NCBI GenBank assembly: GCA_964016885.1
Contig: OZ024750.1
Span: 8,246,001-8,310,000 of the forward strand
Length of the DNA: 64,000 nucleotides
DNA from: Eledone cirrhosa
Lineage: Eukaryota
Reading direction: 5' to 3'
The position numbers and the translations under genes were made by a program. The notes under the pieces were generated by a model. The model worked only from the letters and a program-made list of their open reading frames with translations, was not told the origin of the DNA and did no database searches. Shown piece by piece: positions 40,010-53,226 of the stretch. How positions within the stretch are numbered: the stretch's first letter is position 1; each line of letters starts with the position of its first letter.

Positions 40010-40995
40010 TCTGATGACGGTGCTGATGAAGATGACGGCAATGGTGAAGATGATGACAGCGATGATGAAGATGATGACGGTGCTGATGAAGATGACGGCA
40101 ATGGTGAAGATGATGACGGCGATGATGAAGATGATGACGGCGATGATGAAGATGATGACGGCAATGATGAAGAAGATGACGGCGATGATGAAGATGATAA
40201 CGGCGATGATGAAGATGATGACGGCGATAATGAAGATGATGACGGCGATGATGAAGAAGATGACGGCGATGATGAAGATGATAACGGCGATGATGAAGAT
40301 GATGACGGCGATGATGAAGAAGATGACGGCAATGATGAAGAAGATGACGGCGATGATGAAGAAGATGACGGCGATGATGAAGATGATAACGGCGATGATG
40401 AAGATGATGACGGCGATGATGAAGATGATAACGGCGATGATGAAGATGATGACGGCAATGATGAAGATGATGACGGCGATGATGAAGATGATGACGGCAA
40501 TGATGAAGATGATGACGGCGGCGATGATGAAGATGATGACGGCAATGATGAAGATGATGACGGTGATGATGAAGATGATGACGGCGATGATGAAGATGAT
40601 GACGGCGATGATGAAGATGATGACGGCGATGATGAAGATGATGACGGCGATGATGAAGATGATGACGGCGATGATGAAGATGATGACGGCGATGATGAAG
40701 ATGATGACGGCAATGATGAAGATGATGACGGCGATGATGAAGATGATGACGGCGATAATGAAGATGATGACGGCGATGATGAAGAAGATGACAGCGATGA
40801 TGAAGATGATGACGGCAATGATGAAGATGATGACGGCGATGATGAAGATGATGACGGCAATGATGAAGATGATGACGGCGATGATGAAGATGATGACGGC
40901 GATGATGAAGATGATGACGGCAATGATGAAGATGATGGTGACGGCGATGATGAAGATGATGACGGTGATGATGAAGATGACGGTGATGATGATGA
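40010..40995. repeat. 21-bp minisatellite (gacggcgatgatgaagatgat)n
   Basis: About 45 near-identical units derived from (GAT)n; intronic. Confidence 0.95.
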
Positions 40996-41126
40996 CAACC
41001 TCAATGACTGGGATTTGCAAAATAATATTAATAATGTTTTCTATTCATAAAACAAATAAATTAAAAAAACAATATATATCATCATCATCATTTTACGTCT
41101 GCTTTGATAATGATGATGATAATGAT

Positions 41127-41127
41127 G

Positions 41128-41158
<31 letters not shown>

Positions 41159-41375
41159 GTATATATATACACCCACACACACTCACATATATATATGTAT
41201 GTATGTGGATATATATATATATATGTGTGGATGTATGTATGTATGTGGATATATGTATATATATATATATTTATGTGGATGTATGTATGTATGTGGATAT
41301 ATATATATATATATATATATGTATGTGGATATATATATATATATATGCGTGGATATATATATATATATATATATG

Positions 41376-41406
<31 letters not shown>

Positions 41407-41771
41407 GTGGATATATATATGTATATGTATGTGGATATGTATATGTATGTGGATATATATGTATATATATATATATGTGGATATATATGTATATGTATAT
41501 ATATGTGGATATATATGTATATGTATATATATGTGGATATATATGTATATATATATATATGTGGATATATATGGATACATATATATGTGGATATATATAT
41601 GGATATGTATATTTATATGTAGATATATATGTATATGTATTTATATGTAGATATATATGTATATGTATATATATGTGGATATATATATGTATATATATGT
41701 GGATATATATATGTACATGTATGTGGATATATATATGTATATGTATGTCGATATATATATGTATATGTATG

Positions 41772-41814
<43 letters not shown>

Positions 41815-41886
41815 ATGTATGTCGATATATATGTATATATGTATATATGTATATATGTATCTGGATATATATATATGTATGTATAA

Positions 41887-41917
<31 letters not shown>
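41127..41917. repeat. TA-rich microsatellite with recurring gtggat/gtcgat motifs
   Basis: Direct reading. Confidence 0.92.
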
Positions 41918-41919
<2 letters not shown>

Positions 41920-42083
41920 ACGAAGGAAATGTGGTAAGGAACCAGGTGGACCATAACGCACCAAAGTACTCAATACTTGAGGTAGTAGAGTGGGTAATAG
42001 GAACCAGTAAGACCCCGACAGCTGAGCTCAAGCCGTTTCGACGGCTAATTCTGGACTAATTCTGTCGGGGTCTTACTGGTTCC

Positions 42084-42086
<3 letters not shown>
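41918..42086. mobile_element. Fold-back Penelope-like element family P1
   Basis: Close to 1091-1287; right arm ctgtcggggtcttactggttcctat complements the left arm; in (TA)n. Confidence 0.75.
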
Positions 42087-42114
<28 letters not shown>

Positions 42115-42368
42115 ATATGAGAGAGAGAGAGGGGGGCAGGGGTGAGTAGCATACTATTGGCAAGGCATTTGTTTGTAGCAACAATAACAACAGACAATGT
42201 AATAACCCTGATTACATTTCATGCTTCAAGAATCCTTTAAGGATAACAATCGTTATTGAAACATAGCTTTTATTGCTACTCTCTTATTCCTTTATATTCT
42301 GCTTCTTATTTCCTATTTCATTATTTCTGTCACACAACAGCTAACTTTCATTTCATTCACTTCTATAG

Positions 42369-42622
42369 ATTACAGCCGACGGCACTTTGTAAGGCAATCT
42401 GAAATAGGAACAAATTATATATATACCGAAGAACTTATATTAATCCAAAAAATTCTTCATTTTCCTGAAGAAGTAGCTTTATCATTAACAGAGACGGAAT
42501 ATGAGTTATTCAATCGAATACCTCCTGCACAATATATACGGCAAGTTAGCCTTGACCTTATCAGACCAATAACAAATAAAAAGCAAGTATCAGTTGAGGA
42601 TCTTCTTCAAAGGTTTGGTGAG
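42369..42622 (+). CDS. PLCE1: Internal coding exon, start of PLC-epsilon-type CDC25/RasGEF domain
   Basis: ctatag| ... gag|gtaagt; (D)YSRRHFVRQSEIGTNYIYTEELILIQKILHFPEEVALSLTETEYELFNRIPPAQYIRQVSLDL..SVEDLLQRFGE resembles PLC-epsilon [32 protein letters not shown] (from memory). Symbol tentative: could be a paralogous GEF. Confidence 0.85.
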
Positions 42623-42715
42623 GTAAGTTCAACTGTTTAACATAGAATTCTTTAAATTTTAAGATTATCAACTAAATCTTTTATCTTGTGGGTTTTATTG
42701 ATTTTATTTGATTGA

Positions 42716-42748
<33 letters not shown>

Positions 42749-43404
42749 GTTAACTTTTTATCTTGAAACTAACTAGAAATAACCAGCATGAAACTATCCT
42801 TATCATTCCCCTTCTTCTATCTCCTTATTGTGTTGCTTGTCCCCATTAAACTGACTCTCATACTTTCCCCTCATTTAAACACTTTACCCTTACTGAGGAC
42901 ATGACAAACTCTCTGATGCTGGGTACCACAGTGAAATGCACCCAACACATTCTATAAAAGGGATAATGTTAGGAAAGTTATCCAGCAGTAGAAACTATAC
43001 CAAAATTGAAATATATGATTGCGACACGGCCCCTCAATCTATCTAGAACTGTACTAATTCTGAATAATTTATAGATTTCTATTGTTATGACTCAACCTCA
43101 GCGGGTTATTTTCTTATGAATAGTTAACTATTCAAAGATACCATCATGAAGTATGTTATTGTTAAACATACTTTATGATTACTTATGTGGTAAAGAAAAC
43201 AAACTATCTTAATGACTAAAGTTATATTAATCATACTCGTGTTAATCAGTAAAGAAATATTTTCTTAGACTTTTGATGTTCAGTATTTTGAAGTCCTGGG
43301 TCCTGGTGTATTTTAACAGAAACTTTTCGCGATAGAAAATATCATACTACATTTTTTTTTTTTATCTATGTATAATTTTTCTTTCCCCACATCACACCTT
43401 AGAC

Positions 43405-43568
43405 CAGTCATGGACAAACTGCAGCCCATGGGCCACATGCAGCTCATTTGGCTTTCTGAATGGCACGCCTAATTTCAAAACTGCCTTGGATCGTTTAGTA
43501 GTGTGGCCTGCCTTATGATCAGCCATATTCTATTTGGTCGACTGTTCACAAAAGGTTGCCCATGCCAA
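43405..43568 (+). mobile_element. hAT-type MITE copy 1
   Basis: cagtcatggacaaact...ggttgcccatgc; inverted homologue at 43667-44475. Confidence 0.75.
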
Positions 43569-43666
43569 GAATTTTGGCACCATCCACTAACATAATTTTG
43601 CTCTCTCCAGTGTGGTTCAACAACATTGATGGCATCAAGGAATGTCCAGATTCTGTTAGCCTATAT

Positions 43667-44475
43667 CAAGCATGGGCAACCTTTGTTGAGCACTGGGCCA
43701 CAGAGGATGTGGCTCATCATAAGGTGGGCCACATAGGATGTCACTCATCATAAAGTGGGCCACATAGGATGTCACTCATCATATGGTGGGCCACATAGGA
43801 TGTCACTCATCATAAAGTGGGCCACATAGGATGTCACTCATCATAAGGGGGGGCACATAGGATGTGGCTCATCATAAGGTGGGCCACATAGGATGTGGCT
43901 CATCATAAGGTGGGCCACATAGGATGTGGCTCATCATAAGGTGGGCCACATAGGATGTGGCTCATCATAAAGTGGGCCACATAGGATGTCACTCATCATA
44001 AGGTGGGCCACATAGGATGTCACTCATCATAAAGTGGGCCACATAGGATGTCACTCATCATAAGGTGGGCCACATAGGATGTCACTCATCATAAAGTGGG
44101 CCACATAGGATGTCACTCATCATAAGGTGGGCCACATAGGATGTCACTCATCATAAGGTGGGCCACATAGGATGTCACTCATCATATGGTGGGCCACATA
44201 GGATGTCACTCATCATAAAGTGGGCCACATAGGATGTCACTCATCATAAAGTGGGCCACATAGGATGTCACTCATCATAAAGTGGGCCACATAGGATGTC
44301 ACTCATCATATGGTGGGCCACATAGGATGTCACTCATCATAAGGGGGGGGGGAACATAGGATGTAACTCATCATAAGGCAGGCTGCATTACTAAAATATT
44401 CAAAGCAATTTTGAAATTAGGCTTGTAATTCAGAGAGCCAAACAAGCCACATGGGCCTTAGTTTGTCCATGACTG
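43667..44475 (-). mobile_element. hAT-type MITE copy 2 (inverted) carrying an expanded minisatellite
   Basis: caagcatgggcaacc...agtttgtccatgactg; colinear with the reverse complement of 43405-43568 apart from the array. Confidence 0.75.
43694..44378. repeat. 31-bp minisatellite (tgggccacataggatgtcactcatcataagg), ~22 copies
   Basis: Period 31 (occasionally 32); variant blocks gtcactc/gtggctc; no unique spacers. Confidence 0.97.
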
Positions 44476-45228
44476 GTCAATGTTGTAGTATGTTTTTTTC
44501 TCTTCCTGTTATCTCAGGCATGTGGCATAGAATTCCAAGTCAACACATTTTATAGTTACAGATTCTTCTAGTTCAGTGTTATTAATTATTATCATTAACC
44601 TTCCTTTGTTGAACTATATTACATGAAATGCATTAGTGGTTCCCTTGGGAAAGACATTTATTCATTTCATAATATATTGTAATTGATGAACAATGGTGTT
44701 ATTGGTTACAGGTTCCCAATAGAGCTATCACTGATTCACTATATTCTCCATGTTGAGTGTGATAAGGGTGTATTTGTGTAAATCAGTGCAGAACAAATAT
44801 CACAAGGAACTCTATTTTTTTAAGTAGCAAGTCTCAGTTGCATTGATGTTAATGTTATGTAAGGCAAGAATGTCACAATGCTCCATTTAACTGCAGTGGT
44901 TCTAAAACTAATGGTAAACAAAATGTTAATCCATTGCCCTCATGAAATCCATTACCAGATACTGCAGTGAATTAGAAGAATCGGTAAAAAAGCAGAGCAA
45001 AATATCTTTGAATATTTAGTCTTCTACCATTAAATTCTGGGTGAAATTTCTCCTGGGTTTCATAAGATAAGTATCAGTGAGGTTCTTGGCTTTATACAAT
45101 TGACTATACTCAACCTTTATTTATGAGCCAATGTGTGAGTCTCATGCAACCAGCCTTCCATCAAGAAATATTAGTTAAATCTACCTGTGAAGAAAAGACA
45201 AGATGGTCATATTAAAATATCATATAAT

Positions 45229-45413
45229 TGTTTCTACTTTTTGGCACAAGGCCAGCAATTATCCCAGTACATTACTGGTACTTTATTTTATCGACCCCGT
45301 AAGGATGAAAGGCAAAGTTATCCTCGGCGGGAATTGAACTCAGATCGTAAAGGGACGTAACTATGCTGGAAAGCATAATCCGACCCTCTACCGATACTGC
45401 CAATTCACCGCCC
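45229..45413 (-). mobile_element. SINE family A (short variant), full length
   Basis: Reverse complement of consensus; flanking tattaaaatat..taatt direct repeat. Confidence 0.92.
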
Positions 45414-45774
45414 TATTAAAATATATAATTATATGATATTAAAATATCATATAATTAAAACTAGACAGTCACTACATTGTCACTGTCACCATCATAGATG
45501 CTGTGAACCAGTATCTGAATGTTTAAACACTATGCCTGAAGAAAAGACAGGACGGTCAAACTACAACATCATATAACTAACAGTAGACAGTCACTCAAAG
45601 CTCCACATTCTGTCATATACTATTTTATGATAGATTTGCCTGAGAATTATATAAAAGGATATATATGTTTATAGAACATTCACCTCCTTATACATTAATT
45701 CATGAGTTGGGTACTCAATTGAATAGCTGATCAACCATCATTGAATAAGACAGAGGATCTGTTATTATTATAAT

Positions 45775-45889
45775 TGTTTCTAGTTTAGGCACAAGGCCAG
45801 CAATTACCCAGTGCATTACTGGTACTTTATTTTATCGACCCCGTAAGGATGAAAGGCAAAGTCAACCTCGGCGTTGCCTTTCATCCTTA
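45775..45889 (-). mobile_element. 5'-truncated family A SINE with terminal inverted duplication
   Basis: taaggatgaaaggcaa (45844-45859) / ttgcctttcatcctta (45874-45889); TSD ttattattataat. Confidence 0.85.
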
Positions 45890-45907
45890 TTATTATAATA
45901 TTAACTG

Positions 45908-46125
45908 CAGAGTGGTGGATTGACAGTGTCGGTAGAGCATTGGAGAATATGCTTGCAGCATAGAGTTACAGTTCTTTATGCTCTGAGTTCAAATCCCACT
46001 GAGATTAGCTTTGTCTTTCATCCTTACAGGTCAATAAAATAAAGCAACAGTAATGAATTGTGGTCAATTTAATCGACTTTCCCCTCCCCGAAATTGTTGG
46101 CCTTGTACCTCAATCAGAAGCAATT
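45908..46125 (+). mobile_element. SINE family A (long variant, diverged)
   Basis: ggtggattgacagtgtcggtagag..ctgagttcaaatccc..aatcgactttcccctcccc. Confidence 0.85.
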
Positions 46126-47174
46126 ATGATAATATTAAGTGCCGTTTTTTTTTTTGCTGTTTTTGTGGAGGGGTGGGCTGTTTTACGTGGGTTTTTTTGT
46201 AAATAAATAATATATTTCTTTATATTTCTCCAATAAACGAGTTATAAAAGCAACCATTACTCTAATATAATTATATTTGAAACACTTCTCGAGTTGTCAA
46301 CATTCTGCTAAAGATCAAACTCAATCCCCACTACAGTCTAAATTTAATTAATTTTATCAAATTAAAATTTCACGGTTGTCTCCCCTAGAGTTTATAAAAA
46401 AATTAATCAATTTGATAATGATTGTTCTCATTACTGAATATGTAATTTTAATTAAATTATCTTGGCTTACTACCTAGTACCACCAACTTTACTATTAAGT
46501 TTTCATGCAGCAGGTGTCCCTGGTTACCTTGCTCTTTAGTCACACTACATTTATCTACTATGGCAACAATGTGTTTCAGCAACATTTATCATTTTATACA
46601 TTTTTCAGGTTTACACACTTGATAGTGTTGATCATGTCACACTATGAAATATTAATAGAACTTCTATCAATACTATATGAAAACAGTTGAGATCAGTTTC
46701 CTACTTTGACATTACAATATAGAACTTATCAACTCCAGCAACAGCAATAATTCTGCTGGGAATTCAGATTCAACAATGAAATACCATGTAAACAGCTCTT
46801 AGATACCATCTTATCTACAGAAATGTTGAAAATCCCATGAAGCACTTTGACTTTATATTAAAATCATTGACAAATCTTTTAATTCCCAATGAAATCATTT
46901 CAAATTTGATTTGACAAGTTGATTAAAATTAATAAAAAACCAAAAAATATTTTCAAGAGCCACATTCACATTACTTTTCACTTATATTTATAAACACAAA
47001 ATGAATTTCTACGTGAGCACTGAGAAATATCATAAACTGCTAAAAAGCAAAATCTAACACAATAAGTTCAGTTTTGGGCTGAAGTGTTTCATTGCTTAGT
47101 AACCTAGTAAACTTGAGCCTTGCTATAATTTCCAGGTTGTGGTAAACAGTAAGAGAGAGAGATGAGAATTATGC

Positions 47175-47213
<39 letters not shown>

Positions 47214-47448
47214 GCCTCTCTCTCTCTATCTATCTTTCTCTCTACTACACACACTACACATACACACTACACACCTAATGCAATATATATCTGTCATGGA
47301 AGCAGTATAAGATTTAGGCATAAGCTAAAGAAGCTTAAGACATGACAATCTACAGGGACCCCAAAATAATTAAAGGACCTTAGATGTTTTCAATTTGTAT
47401 GAGACATTTTATGTTCAACTGGAGGCTTTCAAGCTTTATATAGCTTAA

Positions 47449-47666
47449 CTCTTTAGCATTTAAACCAGCCGTATCTGGCCAGAATTCTCTCACCTTTTTC
47501 TGTTCAAACTGGCTGTAACTGGCCGCTCATACTGATGTTAAGGTATTGTTCTCAAAATAAATCATATCAAAACCTCATAGATTTGATATTATGTGAGATA
47601 ATTATTTGAGGTAAAACCTTTACCATGAAAATAGAGTAAATATAAAATAATGTAAATGCTAAAGGG
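47449..47666. mobile_element. piggyBac-type MITE
   Basis: ttaa|ctctttagcattta ... taaatgctaaaggg|ttaa: TIRs with TTAA TSD. Confidence 0.88.
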
Positions 47667-48564
47667 TTAAGGCTTCACCATCTTTAAATCTATACTGCAT
47701 AAAATTATATAGTATGAAAGTCAACTGAACAAAGCTTTTGTATGTATGCAACAAGTAGACTATTATATTAAACCACCAAATAAATAAAATATTTGAAATG
47801 GAGTTGATCTAAGATTTAGGAATTGATATATAATTTGGGATTTGCTCCTAGAAAGTTTCCCCTCCAAGGCACAAGTCTGTGCATTATGTCCTTGACCAAG
47901 ACAATTTATTTCATGTTGTTCCTTCTGCCAGAAATTACAACTTGGTAATCAAATGAGATCTGTGATCTTGTCGATCGATTCCCTTTGCTTTAGAGATAAC
48001 TACATATTTACCTACTGAATGCTTTATATTACACCTGGATAGACTACCTGTTTATATATATGTTTTTGACTGAACACCTTCAGCATTTTCCAATCTCTGT
48101 AGAGCAGCATCAGTATTTCTCTAATACATCAATATTCCAAGTCTTGTTTATATTAATGGAAAATCCCAAATAATGTTTCTCTGATAGATATTTGAAAGTT
48201 GTTTACAATTTTAATTTGTAACATTCTCTAATGGAATGTAAAAACGTTTTGTCTCTTTAAATTAAAAAACAATATTTGTGAGTTTGTTATATTGGCTTAA
48301 AGATCTACATATTATATAATGGTTTTGTTTATAAATGTTGTCATATAATCAATGGTGGATACAAGAATAGTTGAGTTTTACATATTCAATAATTTCCAGT
48401 GGTTTCACATCTAACTCCTTTAGATGCAGGAGAGGTTTATTTCCCAATCATGAAGTGCCTGGTTCAATCCCACTTCATGGCATTTTGAGTTAATGTTTTG
48501 GATTTTCCCAAGTTTTACATACATACATTCATACTTACACACTTACATAGATGCATACATATAT

Positions 48565-48865
48565 ACATGATGGCTGCAAACTCTGCTGAGAGTACTGCAA
48601 TCACTTGTCAGTTTACAGAAAATGGTGCACTTTTTAGGCTATGGCCAGCCACATGAACCTGTAACATAACCAGAACAAGCAATGCCTGTGTTGTGAAGGT
48701 TTTTTAAGTGGGGAAAGGCCTTGCACTTGACCAATCCTACTCTCTGAGCATCGAAAACACTACCCGAAAAGGAGAACTGGTCAACATCATTGGATGCTTT
48801 TGAAGCTGCAGGTTTTTTTCAGAGTTTCCCTCTCCTAGAAAGGTGTTGTGACAACAACTGGGGAC
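48565..48865 (-). mobile_element. Non-autonomous element with RTE-like 5' motif (family D)
   Basis: Minus strand tctaggagagggaaactctga; colinear inverted copy at 62575-62880; adjoins (tatg)n. Confidence 0.7.
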
Positions 48866-49174
48866 CTTTCACTCTGAGGTAAAAAAAAGAAAAGAAAAAA
48901 GTGCTATTTGGATGGCCGTTGACTCTGCTGAGTTCCTCCACCCTTTGCAGGATCTTGTATTTCCTCCCGCAGGGTGTCCAAATATCACCCTCCTCACCAA
49001 GCAAGCTTGGTGGGTTTGCCGGTTTAGTCGCCGACGACTTGACCATGAGACAGGTTGTACTGGGTTACATGTTACCAGTAGTAAGTACTCAAGAGTGACC
49101 TGACATGCATACATACATTCATACATACATACATACATTCATACATGCATGCATGCATGCATGCATACATACAT

Positions 49175-49558
49175 TGTGGCTGCCAACTCGTTTTCGAGTA
49201 TGGCCACTACTTTATATCCATGTAGGAGAACCCCTACCAATGCGCTGAACAAGTGTGACTTTTTAGTCCAGCCAGCGACTTGAAAACTCTGGTACAAACA
49301 CTACACTTGTGACAATTATTGACACATGGTGCTGGGCCCATGGTACCATGTGATGACAAGTGCAGAGAGATCTCCAGATATAAAGCAATGCCTGTGCTGT
49401 GAAGCTTTTATAGTGAGCAAAGGCACTACACAAAGCCAGTCCCACTCTCTTAACCAAGATGATATTTACCAAAAAGAAGAACAAGTCAACATCATTGGAT
49501 ACCATCAGGGTTGCAGGTGTTATATCAGAGTTTTCCTTCTCCTAGAATTCTGCCTTGA
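49175..49558 (-). mobile_element. Diverged family D relative
   Basis: Shares aagcaatgcctgtg.tgtgaag, gtcaacatcattggat and cagagtttt.cttctcctaga with 48565-48865; flanked by (taca)n. Confidence 0.6.
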
Positions 49559-50102
49559 CATACATACATACATACATACATACATACATACATACATACA
49601 TACATACATACATACATACATACATACATACATACATACATACATACATGCATGCATATGCTGGTACAATTGAATGAAAAGAGCAACCTACACATAATGT
49701 GTAAGTTGAGAATGTTTATATTAAGAGTTTGACATATTCAATAATTTCCAGTGGTTTCACATCTAACTCCTTTAGATGCAGCAGTTAGATAAAACTTATA
49801 AATAGAGATGCGATTATGAAACAGGTTACAGAGAGCCTCCATTGGCTGGTTCCATTGGTTGGTTTCAGTCGCATGCACATTGTGATGTTGGATTGTGAGC
49901 AACACCAGTTATTCTTAGACACTGATTACATGGATATTTAGGCAGATTGATAGCATAAGTGAGTCTATAAAACGTGTGTAGCAGGTATGTTTATGTCTAT
50001 GAAATTACTGGTAATACATGACTAAGTCAAACTCTTAATATATATATATACATCTGTCTGTATTTATTTTTTGAAATGGTAACAAGAAAAAGTATAGTTA
50101 TT

Positions 50103-50270
50103 CATCATCATCATCATCATCATTTAATGTCTATTTTTCCATGATAGCATGGGTTAGATGGGTTCTCCTGTTGTGAGAAATGCTAGGTCAAGTGACTATA
50201 ACTTGCTCATACAGATCTGATTTTGACTTGGTTTCTACAGCTGGATGCCCTTCCTAATGCCAACCACATT
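50103..50270 (-). mobile_element. SINE family C 3' part
   Basis: (cat)n-ttaatgtctatttttccatg..gcatgggttag..ggtttctacagctggatgcccttcctaatgccaacc. Confidence 0.75.
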
Positions 50271-50416
50271 TACAATTAATATATATATATAGTATTGTGT
50301 AACATTGACGATTCATTCCATAGCCACATGGTGATTCATGTGTTAATCATTCTTACTGTATTAGAATGAATCCAATACATTAACAAGTTTAGCCCCAACA
50401 CATATATAAATTATCT

Positions 50417-50462
<46 letters not shown>

Positions 50463-51119
50463 ATATATTGTGACAACTTGAAGATTAATCATATCCTTTG
50501 CTTTTTTTAAATAGATTTAAATGAAACTAAATAACTTTTTAATTTCTGATAAATATTTTTGTGATGATAGAAAATGCAAATAATCAGTTATTTTGTGAAA
50601 GATGAGATAAAAAATCGATAGATTCAATTTTAATATCAGCCTTTGGGATTTAGGATAGATATATCAGTAGATACACATTAAAAGCAATGTGAATATAATA
50701 AAGATAAGTTCAGATGGCGTATTTGAAGCAGAAGTAGTAAATACTATGATAGTAAGAAAATTAAGGTGTTTAGTCATTTATTGAAGTTTGAAATTGAGAA
50801 GAAAGTGAGTAAGTTGCCATATAATTTAGTTAATTAGAGACAGTAAATTGCTGTGTGAGAAACATATTGATTAAAGTAGAATGAGAATTTGAGCTGTAAT
50901 TGAAGAAGCAGACAGCTAGAAATGAACAGTACGACAATGTGTTAGTAAGAATGAATGATGCCTTAAAATGATAAGCTACATATCAAGTGAACAACTTTCA
51001 AATGCAATGAAGAATACCTGCAACTGACAAAAAAAATGACAGACCTGATGATTGGCCAGGTTAATAAGTTGCTGGGCTTACCGACCAAAGGTTCCATATT
51101 TTGTATCATGGCACTAATT

Positions 51120-51302
51120 AGATGTTATGGACAAAACCAACTGGCAGGAGACACACAGAGCAAGATGGTTGGATAACATCCATGAGCTTGGCTCTTTATT
51201 TTTTGGGGATCTAGCCAGATCAATTGGAGATGTTGCTTCTGACAAGACCCACTGAAGACTCTGCCCCCATGACTCTCTCCGGAATAAGTGGGTGAAGAAG
51301 AA
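51120..51302 (+). mobile_element. RTE LINE 3' fragment
   Basis: Homologous to the reverse complement of 38153-38365 (gcaagatggttggataacatccatgagcttggct). Confidence 0.75.
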
Positions 51303-52679
51303 TGTGTAGAGGGTTGATAAATAAAGTTCCAGTTTGGGGTTGTCAAATAGCAGAGTTGTTAGAACATCAGACATGATACATTGTAATGTCTATTCTAGCT
51401 CTGTGCATGAAGTGTTGAAATCTTACCTCCTGTCACCAGAAAAATGGTGACATGATAAAACTGGTTTTCTTATCATTAAAGAACTTATGAAACCTCATAT
51501 AAGATACAATCTCATGCAAGGCTGATTATACAATGGTGATGTGAACCATAACAACTCACACTGATTCAGCAATCAGCTTTAAAATAATACTATAGTGTAG
51601 GTATTGTTTTCTGTTGTAAGAAGTGGGAGCACTGTATAATTGACGGTTTCTTTAACTTAGTGTACTGAGTTCAAGTAAGGTGAAGATTACAGGATCCCAC
51701 TCTGAATGTATGCTTTCGTCAGTATCCTGTAAGTATTTCCTCAATAACTAGGAGTCAACTACTCAGTCACCAGAATTCAAATATTTGTGGAAGAAAAGCA
51801 GCATAAAACGAGAGCAATATCGAGAGCTTTAGAATGGTAGGAATAGAATCCTAGTAAATAGAATCAATGACCTGGTTTGTATTCCTGATCCATATGTCTC
51901 TGAAAGGCATTAGTAATGTAATCAAAATAAAATAGCAACAATTAAGAATAATATATATCTTGTAGACTTAGCTTGCTAGCAGCTTACTTTTCTACTCTAC
52001 TTTGAGTGGCAGGAAAATATTTAGATTAAAAAAAAATAGAAAGTAAAGTTGATGTGATCATAAAAGATATATCTGATATACATATATATAGATAGGCAGT
52101 GCTTGGAAGCAGTGTATGTTGGACACCTACGCAGAATTTCTTTTGAAATGGAAAAGATTGCTGCATATTGAATGAACAGGCAAAGAACATGTATTCAGGG
52201 TGTGTTATTTATATGCTTCTGCTCTGTTTCTCTAAACCATATTTTCTGCACTCTTTATAAACATATTAAATAGTTTTATCTTTTCTAAAAGTACAGTCAG
52301 AATTATGTTTAATTCTAAATGCTTTAAATCTGTTTAATGTATATAACTGTTTATCATATATAACTATTCATGTTACATAACTCTTCAGCTTATGTGTTAG
52401 TTTATTTTGTATAACAATTCATTTATATATATATATATTTGATAAATTCCGACCTCACACACTTACACCTCTCCAAGACAATGTCACTGGACCGAGATCT
52501 TTGGCGCTACACAGTAATACAGAAGACCCGCCTTGCCTAAATGCAAAGCAAAACCTACAGTCAGTAGGCACCTCTAACAAAAATACACCCCTGTCCCACT
52601 ACCCCCACACCACCCACACCACCCCCTTCAATGTGAAGTTATGTTGGTACCACAACATCTAGTCCGAAACAAATGAGGT

Positions 52680-52910
52680 CATGTAGGTGTCATGACAAAA
52701 AAACACACAGTCCACGCTGTAATGTGGCCATGAGGCAACACGGTAAAAACTTCCCAGTCCACACTGTAAACGTGGTTGGTGTTAGGAAGGGCATCCAGCC
52801 GTAGAAAACCCGCCAAACAGTCCTATACGAGCAAGACAACCAATCTTGCTTGAAGTGGGAAAACTCCCGTCCAAACCCATGCAACGTTAAACGGTGATGA
52901 TGATGATGAT
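52680..52910 (+). mobile_element. SINE family C
   Basis: gtggttggtgttaggaagggcatccagccgtagaaaacc..aacccatgcaacgttaaacggtgatgatgatg. Confidence 0.8.
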
Positions 52911-53187
52911 TATATATATATATATATATACAACCAACATATACTCAAAATTTATATATATATATATATATTGATTCTTTTGTTTGACCTGTTTAGCTTG
53001 CTTCGGTTTTTTTTTTGGCTTAGGTGGCTGATGGCTTCTTGACCGCCATTCTCAGTTTGTTTGGAGGCTATAACCTATGTTTATTGCTCTGGTCTTTTTT
53101 TAGTCCATGCAGCGCTTGCCGCATAACTCAGAAATTGCGTTTCACTTTGTTTTCGACCACTGCTGAAATTCGATCTCGCTGAAATTA

Positions 53188-53223
<36 letters not shown>

Positions 53224-53226
<3 letters not shown>

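Noticed and set aside
38871-42059. Poly-His, poly-Met, poly-Ser and 488-681 aa ORFs
   Set aside because: Products of (GAT)n-type repeats open in several frames; no domain content.
43694-44378. CRISPR-like array of ~31-bp repeats
   Set aside because: Repeats are contiguous with no unique spacers, the context is eukaryotic and no cas genes are present.
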